The notes under the pieces: generated by a model
Database searches by the model: none
What the model saw: the letters and a program-made list of their open reading frames with translations, nothing else
Told to the model about the DNA's origin: nothing
Program-made: the position numbers and the translations under genes
In this document: piece after piece, positions 57,007-64,000 of the stretch
Position numbering within the stretch: position 1 is the first letter of the stretch
How the letters are laid out: each line of letters begins with the position of its first letter
Assembly: GCA_024276275.1 (NCBI GenBank)
Contig: JAJRXM010000072.1
Coordinates: 8,416 to 72,415, forward strand
Source: Candidatus Zixiibacteriota bacterium
GTDB taxonomy: Bacteria; Zixibacteria; MSB-5A5; GN15; FEB-12
Reading direction: 5' to 3'
DNA: 64,000 bases

Positions 57007-58305
57007 TTATTCTTCGCCAAGTCTCCTGATATATGCAGGTATCGAGGTATCCTCGGCAGAAAACATCGGAACTCTGTTACGTCCGGAATTACCGCTGTTT
57101 TGTTTTTGTTCTACTTCTTTTTGTGTTTCGTTTATTTCCATTCTTGCACGGTTTACTACTGCCTCTTGAGGAGCAACTTGCTGTTGATGCTGTGGAATTG
57201 ATTGTCCGGGAGTAGGAGCATGTTGTTCAGAAGTCTGAGGAGTAATAATTTGATCATCGAAAAGTGAAATAGGTTTACCCGGTTTTGAATCATCGATTGT
57301 TTCTTCTTTTACAGGCTTAATTACTTCTTCTTGATCTCCGTTAAAACCGGTGGCTATAACAGTAACCCTCATTTGATCCTGCATTTCAGGGTCTATTACT
57401 GCACCAAAAATGATATTAGCATCATCACCGGCGGCTTCATAAATAAGAGATGTCGCAGTATTAACATCAAACAATGCCATATCTTCACCTCCGGTTACAT
57501 TTATCAAAACACCCTTAGCACCTGAGATTGAAATATTTTCTAATAGTGGAGATGATATTGCAGCTTGGGCAGCATCAATAGCTTTTTCTTCCCCTTTACC
57601 GTAACCGGTACCCATAATAGCATCGCCTCGTTCAAGCATTACTGTCCGAACATCAGCAAAGTCACAGTTAATTAAACCCGGAATTGTGATTAGGTCAGAG
57701 ATACCTTTGGTAGCCTGATAAAGAACTTCATCAGCAGTTGCGAAGGCATCGGTAAGAGTTGTTTTTTTATCGACAATCTCTAAAAGTCTTTCGTTAGGAA
57801 TAGTAATAAGTGTATCAACTTTAGAGCGTAGTTCTTTTAACCCGTCAATGGCACGGTCGACACGTTTTTTTCCTTCAAACCTAAAAGGCTTTGTAACGAT
57901 AGCAACAGTTAAAGCACCTGCTTCTTTTGCCAGTTCGGCAACTTCCGGAGCTGCTCCTGTTCCGGTTCCGCCCCCCATACCTGCAGTTATAAATACTAAG
58001 TTCGGTTTTCCGATTGCCTCAATAAGTTCTGCTTTACTTTCCTCTACAGCTTTTTTACCGACACCCGGATTTGCACCGGCACCGAGCCCATTGGTAATTT
58101 CTCTGCCAATCTGTACTTTAGATTCAGCTTTATTTTGGTCTAATACCTGAGCATCTGTATTAGTTGCTACAAAATCAACACCCTTTAATTGGGCGTCGAT
58201 CATACGGTTTAAAGCATTTCCGCCACCACCGCCAACACCGATTACTTTTATTTTGGCATAACCGATAAAATCTTCGGCGAAATCAAATTTGTGTTTCTCT
58301 GTCAT
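57007..58305 (-). CDS. ftsZ: cell division GTPase FtsZ
   Basis: [23 protein letters not shown] tubulin signature. ORF-track TTG start (58344) lies inside ftsA; the ATG at 58305 has an AGGAGG RBS. Confidence 0.95.
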   Translation of the reverse strand: MTEKHKFDFAEDFIGYAKIKVIGVGGGGGNALNRMIDAQLKGVDFVATNTDAQVLDQNKAESKVQIGREITNGLGAGANPGVGKKAVEESKAELIEAIGKPNLVFITAGMGGGTGTGAAPEVAELAKEAGALTVAIVTKPFRFEGKKRVDRAIDGLKELRSKVDTLITIPNERLLEIVDKKTTLTDAFATADEVLYQATKGISDLITIPGLINCDFADVRTVMLERGDAIMGTGYGKGEEKAIDAAQAAISSPLLENISISGAKGVLINVTGGEDMALFDVNTATSLIYEAAGDDANIIFGAVIDPEMQDQMRVTVIATGFNGDQEEVIKPVKEETIDDSKPGKPISLFDDQIITPQTSEQHAPTPGQSIPQHQQQVAPQEAVVNRARMEINETQKEVEQKQNSGNSGRNRVPMFSAEDTSIPAYIRRLGEE

Positions 58306-58322
58306 TATAGTTCCTCCTGAAC

Positions 58323-59546
58323 TTAAAATTGTTTTGTTATCCAATCTTCGAATCTCTTTAACAACCCTTTCATATTGCCGCTTGTTGTTCCTTTAACAGG
58401 TTCGTTATGAAAACCATAGAAGAGCAATCCATGAGCAGCTGCATAACGAGTGTTATCGAGTTCGTCTGGTATATGTTCTATATTTTTTATTTTTTCTATT
58501 CTTACAGGCATATCAAAAATCTGTTCGGCAAGCTCAACAACTCCTAAAAGCATTGAACCTCCTCCGGTAAGCAGTATACCTCCCGCGGGAATATCTCTGA
58601 TTCCGGCTTTCCGTATTTCTTTTGCTACAAGCGAAAATATTTCTTCCATCCTCGGTTCAATTATAGAAGAAAGTACATTGCGGGAAATTTCTTTGCCGGG
58701 ACGGTTCATCAGTCCGTCGATTATTATCATTTCTTCGGGATCTACCATCGATGCCAGTGCGGCACCATGGGCAAGTTTCAAAGTTTCCGCTTGCTCTACA
58801 GATGTTCGTAATCCGATAGCAATATCATTGGTTACATTTTTTCCGCCAAGCGAGACAACCGATGTAAAACGAATAGCACCATTATAGAAGACTGAGATAT
58901 TAGTAATATCACCTCCGATATCAATCAAAATAATACCGTCTTCTTTTTCATCATCTGTAACCAAAACATTTGAAAGTGCCAAAGATTCTAAAACTATATG
59001 GTCAACTCCTAAACGACATCGTTCTAAGGCACGCATAATATTTTTTGCCGATGTAATAGATGCTGTCACTATATGTGCTTCTACTTCAAGTCTCACTCCA
59101 GACATACCTACCGGATCTTTGATACCTTCGGTGTCATCAACAGAATACTCTTGCGGTATAACATGGATAATTTCACGGTCAACAGGAATAGCAACTGCTT
59201 TGGCAGCCGCAATAGCTTTCTCAACATCATGCGAACTAATCTCCTGATCCGAACGAGAGACCGCTACAACTCCGTTGCTATTGATAGAACGAATATGCTC
59301 GCCTGCAATACCGACAGTCACTCGGTCAATCTCGGTTCCAGAAACCATCTGGGCATCATCAACCGCTTTCCGAATAGACTTGACAGTTTTTTCCATATCA
59401 ACAACTATACCACGACGAAGACCTTCGGAGTTACTGATTCCATGTCCGATAACATAAATACCTCCGGCATCATCCATCTCGGCGACAACACAAACTATTT
59501 TTGTTGTTCCAATATCTAAGGCGGCTATTATATTCTCTGTTGCCAT
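58323..59546 (-). CDS. ftsA: cell division protein FtsA
   Basis: 407 aa actin-like ATPase ([29 protein letters not shown]). Confidence 0.95.
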   Translation of the reverse strand: MATENIIAALDIGTTKIVCVVAEMDDAGGIYVIGHGISNSEGLRRGIVVDMEKTVKSIRKAVDDAQMVSGTEIDRVTVGIAGEHIRSINSNGVVAVSRSDQEISSHDVEKAIAAAKAVAIPVDREIIHVIPQEYSVDDTEGIKDPVGMSGVRLEVEAHIVTASITSAKNIMRALERCRLGVDHIVLESLALSNVLVTDDEKEDGIILIDIGGDITNISVFYNGAIRFTSVVSLGGKNVTNDIAIGLRTSVEQAETLKLAHGAALASMVDPEEMIIIDGLMNRPGKEISRNVLSSIIEPRMEEIFSLVAKEIRKAGIRDIPAGGILLTGGGSMLLGVVELAEQIFDMPVRIEKIKNIEHIPDELDNTRYAAAHGLLFYGFHNEPVKGTTSGNMKGLLKRFEDWITKQF

Positions 59547-60269
59547 TTATTTCTTTCCTTGTGAGCAGACAATCATTTCATCATATCGTAAATCAAGTAG
59601 CGTAATGTTTTCCAAATTTGGGTCAAACCGACTGACAAAACGAATGAATTTATCAACATCATCCAATAAATAATTATATCGGACTTTCAAACGGTATGGG
59701 AGTCCATCAATAGAGACTTTTAAAAATCCTGAATTGCCAAAATCGATTTCATCAATCAGACCATACAAATCTCTATTCTTTTTTTTAAACTTTTGTAATG
59801 CTTGTACGACCTGTTTCACTCTATGATCAAGGCAAAAGCCGTACGGCTTTGAAATAGTCAAAGATGTCAGCACAGGATTATTCCAGCTATAGTCAGAATT
59901 TTCCAGCAAGACAACTCTTGAATCTGAGTCCAATCCGTATATTTTTTTTGTCCGTCTATCAAGTACAAAACAAACCGGTTTATAATTGTTTGTTTTAATC
60001 TCGATTTTGTTTGGAAGAGCGTAATCAATATCAACTTTATAAATTGATTTCTTTTTCATAAGAGCTGATGCCAACGAATCTAGCGGCTGATGCATAAGCG
60101 GAGTACCTTCTAACAGACTATATTTGTCAGACCAATTATCTAAATTCGCAGCATTAACAGAAACTATTTCCAGAGCGAAATAGTCGGTAAAATTTAGAAC
60201 CGACAACAAAGTTGTTCCAAAGAGAACAAAGAAAATCAATGATAATTTTATTTTTTTCGGTAACATCAT
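59547..60269 (-). CDS. ftsQ: cell division protein FtsQ-like (N-terminal TM plus POTRA-like domain)
   Basis: 240 aa; single TM helix; position between murC and ftsA. Confidence 0.65.
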   Translation of the reverse strand: MMLPKKIKLSLIFFVLFGTTLLSVLNFTDYFALEIVSVNAANLDNWSDKYSLLEGTPLMHQPLDSLASALMKKKSIYKVDIDYALPNKIEIKTNNYKPVCFVLDRRTKKIYGLDSDSRVVLLENSDYSWNNPVLTSLTISKPYGFCLDHRVKQVVQALQKFKKKNRDLYGLIDEIDFGNSGFLKVSIDGLPYRLKVRYNYLLDDVDKFIRFVSRFDPNLENITLLDLRYDEMIVCSQGKK

Positions 60270-60270
60270 C

Positions 60271-61698
60271 TTATTTTTTTAAAGCCTCAAGTATTTGTTT
60301 TTTTATCAACGTAATCGACCCGGCACCCATAGTAATCACAAGGTCATTCGGTTTAGCAATCTGAGCAATTTTTTCAATCGCATTTTCTTTAGGACCAAGA
60401 TATTCAAAATTTTTATAGCCTAATTTTTGGGCATCCTGCACAATGACTTCAGAACTTATCCCCTCGATAGGTTCTTCACGTGCAGGATATATATCTACAA
60501 GGAATGTCTTATCGGCAATTGCCAATGTATGTGCAAACTGGTCTCTGAAGTCTCTGGTTCGACTATACAGATGAGGTTGAAAAACAACTATAACACGTCG
60601 GTCGTATACTTTTTGAGCAGTTTCAAGAGTTGCTTGTATTTCTGTCGGATGATGTGCGTAGTCATCAATAACTAAAACATCATTTTCTTCGCCGATAATT
60701 TCAAACCGTCTGCCGACACCGTTAAAAGACATAAGTCCATCGGCAATCGTTTCAAACGGTACATCTAGTTCAAAACAAGAAGCTATCGATGCCAAGGCAT
60801 TTAATACATTAAACTCACCGGGAACTCTTAAAATTATATCGCCTAGTAAGTCACCTTCTTTATAAACAGAAAAAGTAGTACGTCCTGCTTCCATTTTGAG
60901 ATTTAAAGCTCTATAGTCAGCATCGATTGAAAAGCCGAAAGTTTTGTAAGGACGACTGATACGGTGGCGAATGTTTTTCAAATTATCATCATCGGCAGAA
61001 ATTATAACCTGCCCATAAAACGGAACCCGGTTCATATACATAACAAATGAATTAATTAAATCCTCTACCCCGTCATAACAATCTAGATGGTCTGCTTCTA
61101 AATTTGTGATAACAGCCATCGACGGAAACATTGAGAGAAATGATTTATCATATTCGTCTGCTTCAGCAACCAGATAGTCACCTGACCCAAGTGCGGCACC
61201 GGTACCTAATCCGGCAACAATACCACCGACTATGAGAGTCGGTTGATATTTACCTTTTTGTAAAATAGTACCAATCATAGAGGTTGTAGTTGTTTTACCG
61301 TGTGTACCCGAAACACCGATTGAGAATTTCAGACGCATCAGTTCCCCAAGCATTTCTGCTCTTTTAATAACAGGAACGCCAATACGGCGTGCTTCGACAA
61401 CTTCAGGGTTTTCTTCACCGACAGCAGATGTTATAACTACAACGTCAACATCTTTTAGGTTGGATGCCTTATGTTCAGTAAAGATGTTGATACCCAAGTT
61501 TTTGAGATACTCCGTAATTTCACTCGGCGTTGAATCTGAGCCTTTTATTTCATAACCGAGATTAAATAAAATTTCTGCAATACCTGACATCCCGGCTCCG
61601 CCTATACCGACAAAGAATAATTTTTTTATTTTTCCGAACATAATTTTATCTCTTTTAAAAGACGTTTCCGTTTTCAATCGTACATCGCTGTTATACAC
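60271..61698 (-). CDS. murC: UDP-N-acetylmuramate--L-alanine ligase
   Basis: FVGIGGAGMSGIAE, GTHGKTTTT. GTG start at 61698 behind AGGAG; an alternative ATG lies at 61641. Confidence 0.9.
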   Translation of the reverse strand: MYNSDVRLKTETSFKRDKIMFGKIKKLFFVGIGGAGMSGIAEILFNLGYEIKGSDSTPSEITEYLKNLGINIFTEHKASNLKDVDVVVITSAVGEENPEVVEARRIGVPVIKRAEMLGELMRLKFSIGVSGTHGKTTTTSMIGTILQKGKYQPTLIVGGIVAGLGTGAALGSGDYLVAEADEYDKSFLSMFPSMAVITNLEADHLDCYDGVEDLINSFVMYMNRVPFYGQVIISADDDNLKNIRHRISRPYKTFGFSIDADYRALNLKMEAGRTTFSVYKEGDLLGDIILRVPGEFNVLNALASIASCFELDVPFETIADGLMSFNGVGRRFEIIGEENDVLVIDDYAHHPTEIQATLETAQKVYDRRVIVVFQPHLYSRTRDFRDQFAHTLAIADKTFLVDIYPAREEPIEGISSEVIVQDAQKLGYKNFEYLGPKENAIEKIAQIAKPNDLVITMGAGSITLIKKQILEALKK

Positions 61699-61706
61699 TC
61701 ATGCTC

Positions 61707-62846
61707 CTATGCTACCGCTTGCAAAACTTTCATATCTTCAAGTTGGCTTACTATATCCATAGCTATCAAATCAACAGCAGGTTTTTTATTTTCTGTTTCT
61801 TTCTGTATAGATGCTTTCATGTTTTCATATTCATTGCTGTCACACAATGAAATTGCTTTATCTATAATATCTATTTCATCAATTTTATCTTCTGAAATCA
61901 GAACAGCCATATTTCTGTCTACATAGTCAATCGCATTTTTCTTTTGATGGTCTCCGGCAGCAAATGGAAACGGAATAAGTATCGAAGGCAACCCGCAACT
62001 AATAATTTCCGCTAATGTCAAAGCTCCTGCTCTGGCTATTACTATATCTGCAGCGGCATATAACTGTGCCATATTTTCGGCAAACGGGAAAAGAGAAGAG
62101 TCTGACACCTTTTTCTCTACTTGCATAGCTACATCCTTGTAGTCTCTTTTTCCGGTTTGCCATAAAAGCTGATATTTATCTGATAAATCTTTTTTCTGTA
62201 AACTTTTTATAACTGCATTATTTATTGCTCTTGCTCCCTGAGAACCACCTAAAATCAAAATTGTTTTTTTGTTACCGTCGAGTTGTAATGCATTAATAGC
62301 ATCCTCTTTGGAAACAGATTGCATTTCAGAACGTACCGGATTTCCCGTTGTAATTATTTCCGCATCGGTATGTAAAAACTCTTTTGCTTTATCAAATCCG
62401 AGATAGATTTTTTTTGCTTTAGGTGCTAACTGACGGGTTGTAACTCCCGGGAAAGAATTTTGTTCCTGCAAAAGAGTCCTGATATTTTTCCATGATGCCG
62501 ATTTTAGAATCGGCCAGGAAACATACCCACCGGTACCGATAACAATATGCGGTTTAAATGATTTGAGTAGCAGCAACGATTTCACCAATGCCGTTACCAC
62601 AATAAACGGAACCAAAAGATTTTTCAGTGATAAAGACCGTACAATCCCACGCATATTAATAATATGCAGCGGATAGCCGAGTGAATCTTTGAGTCGGTAT
62701 TCGATACCTCGCGTTGTACCTATGAAAATAATTTCTACTTTAACTCTCTGTTCAAGAAGTTCTTTCAGTTTGTCGGCTATTGCCAATGCGGGGTACAAAT
62801 GTCCGCCGGTACCGCCGCCTGCAAAAATCAGTCTTACACTTTTCAT
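61707..62846 (-). CDS. murG: undecaprenyl-PP-MurNAc-pentapeptide UDP-GlcNAc transferase
   Basis: 379 aa; FAGGGTGGHLYPALA, GT28 fold. Confidence 0.9.
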   Translation of the reverse strand: MKSVRLIFAGGGTGGHLYPALAIADKLKELLEQRVKVEIIFIGTTRGIEYRLKDSLGYPLHIINMRGIVRSLSLKNLLVPFIVVTALVKSLLLLKSFKPHIVIGTGGYVSWPILKSASWKNIRTLLQEQNSFPGVTTRQLAPKAKKIYLGFDKAKEFLHTDAEIITTGNPVRSEMQSVSKEDAINALQLDGNKKTILILGGSQGARAINNAVIKSLQKKDLSDKYQLLWQTGKRDYKDVAMQVEKKVSDSSLFPFAENMAQLYAAADIVIARAGALTLAEIISCGLPSILIPFPFAAGDHQKKNAIDYVDRNMAVLISEDKIDEIDIIDKAISLCDSNEYENMKASIQKETENKKPAVDLIAMDIVSQLEDMKVLQAVA

Positions 62847-63949
62847 GCCTTGACCCTTCTCTTTGAAAGGTTCAGCAATACAGCAATAGCGGCAGATGAA
62901 ACTAGCAATGATGAACCGCCATACGATAAAAACGGTAAAGCCAAACCGGTTACAGGAATCAAAGCAGTTACTACTCCCAGATTAATACCGATATTTAAGA
63001 AAAGTGAAAGAGTTATTCCCGATGCGAGCAGATAGCTAAATCTGTCAGGCTGTTGTGAGGCAATTTTTAGTCCTCTGAAAATTATATAGAAAAAGAGTGA
63101 TAAGATAATAAACAATCCGATTATACCGACCTCTTCTCCGATAGCAGCAAAGATAAAGTCAGTATGCGGGTATGGAAGGAAAAATAATTTTTGACGACCT
63201 TCACCTAAACCCATCCCGAAAAATCCACCTGAGCCGAGAGTCAACGCAGCCTGTTGCACTTGGTAACTTCCCTGTAACGGGTCAGAAATAGATGCTATGT
63301 AATCAATAATTCGTGCTTTTTTATAACCCAATCCGAAGACAACAAAAGAACCGACAGCAGCAATCGGTAACAACCCATAAGATAGATGTTTTATTCTGGC
63401 TCCCGCTAAAAAGAATATCCCCAATGCTGAAAGAGCAATTACTATAGTTGTGCCTAAATCAGGCTCCAATAGAATTAGCATAAGGCCGACACCAATAAGC
63501 GGTAGATACGGAAAGAGAAGTTCTTTTAATTTTGTTATATCTCTTTTCGGATTTGATAATGAAAATGCCAAATAGACAATCATCACAAATTTAAAAAGTT
63601 CTGACGGTTGGATATTTATAATTCCGAGCATTAACCATCGTTGGGCACCGTTTACAGAAGGCATTAAAAATACCAAAGAAAGCATAAGCAGAATAACAAA
63701 AAGTGCAGGTGCGGAATATATTGCCAGTCGTTGTATATTTATTTTTACAATAATAAAAACAGCAATCGCAGAAAGAATTGTCCATTTCAATTGGTTCTTT
63801 AGAAAGAACAAATTAGAACCAAATTTTTTCTCGGCAATTATTGATGATGTCGAATAAATCATCACCAGACCGACAATGACAAGGATGATATATGCCAACA
63901 ACAGGCCTTCATCAATAGATTTATTTTTGGCTGAGTGTCTCATTCTCAT
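62843..63949 (-). CDS. ftsW: SEDS-family peptidoglycan polymerase FtsW
   Basis: 368 aa, about 10 TM helices, PHTDFIFA motif, dcw context. Confidence 0.9.
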   Translation of the reverse strand: MRMRHSAKNKSIDEGLLLAYIILVIVGLVMIYSTSSIIAEKKFGSNLFFLKNQLKWTILSAIAVFIIVKINIQRLAIYSAPALFVILLMLSLVFLMPSVNGAQRWLMLGIINIQPSELFKFVMIVYLAFSLSNPKRDITKLKELLFPYLPLIGVGLMLILLEPDLGTTIVIALSALGIFFLAGARIKHLSYGLLPIAAVGSFVVFGLGYKKARIIDYIASISDPLQGSYQVQQAALTLGSGGFFGMGLGEGRQKLFFLPYPHTDFIFAAIGEEVGIIGLFIILSLFFYIIFRGLKIASQQPDRFSYLLASGITLSLFLNIGINLGVVTALIPVTGLALPFLSYGGSSLLVSSAAIAVLLNLSKRRVKA

Positions 63950-64000
63950 TCTTCCCGTTTTTTAATCCGCTGACCGCATTTTTAAATTCTCTTCCACGTT
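63921..64000 (-). CDS. murD: C-terminal end of a MurD-like ligase (rest outside window)
   Basis: The frame open to the window edge reads RGREFKNAVSGLKNGKNENETLSQK then TAA at 63921-63923. The RG.EFK..V ending and the position upstream of ftsW fit MurD. Only 25 codons are visible. Confidence 0.5.
   Translation of the reverse strand, partial: RGREFKNAVSGLKNGKNENETLSQK

Noticed and set aside
1-64000. Global reassignment of TAA to a sense codon
   Set aside because: Most genes here end on TAA exactly at family-typical C-termini (rpmB, ftsZ, bcrB, had, dch, speE and others), with the next gene's RBS and start following within a few nt. Only site-specific events remain possible.
1-64000. Mobile element, prophage, defence island or toxin-antitoxin content
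   Set aside because: No integrase, transposase, recombinase, phage structural, restriction, Cas or toxin-like ORFs were recognisable. The tRNA is not flanked by an integrated element.

Overview
AT-rich bacterial chromosomal window with about 58 protein-coding genes and one tRNA. I recognise no rRNA, CRISPR array, transposase, integrase, phage or defence genes. (1) 1063-18761, all on the minus strand and tightly packed, is a 17.7-kb operon for anaerobic aromatic-ring degradation. It encodes a four-subunit ATP-dependent (class I) benzoyl-CoA reductase in bcrC-B-A-D order, the Had / Oah(BamA) / Dch ring-processing trio, two thiolases, an SDR, a dehydrogenase-crotonase fusion and an acyl-CoA synthetase. 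Embedded in it is an uncharacterised YjiL/YjiM-like ATPase plus dehydratase-family pair, separated by a PanE-like reductase. (2) 19138-24939 holds a frameshifted BNR/Ycf48-like beta-propeller lipoprotein flanked by exact 37-bp direct repeats, with a divergent sensor kinase and sigma-54 activator. (3) Next come tRNA-Met, a stand-alone lpd, small outer-membrane proteins, an XRE/cupin-regulated polyamine operon (speH, ODC-like, speE), valS, mazG, a porin-like OMP and a CPA2 antiporter. (4) 39672-53207 is a minus-strand run: serS, a PorY/PorX-like pair, tsaE-tsaB-rimI, accD, folC, a GAF kinase, a hybrid kinase and an NtrC-type activator, then a sigma-54 promoter in front of a degenerate GGDEF gene. 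(5) The right end holds rpmB, an orphan flagellin-like gene with a sigma-54 promoter, a Gly-rich / MopE-like / dockerin-like secreted protein, and the dcw cluster murD(partial)-ftsW-murG-murC-ftsQ-ftsA-ftsZ. The most unusual sequence-level signal is that four otherwise intact conserved genes (the dehydrogenase-crotonase fusion, valS, the GAF kinase, the PorX-like regulator) each carry one in-frame TAA, with homology continuing in the same frame. There are also two frameshifts, and an lpd whose only possible start codon is ATA or ATC. From sequence alone I cannot separate consensus error, mutational decay and site-specific TAA read-through.
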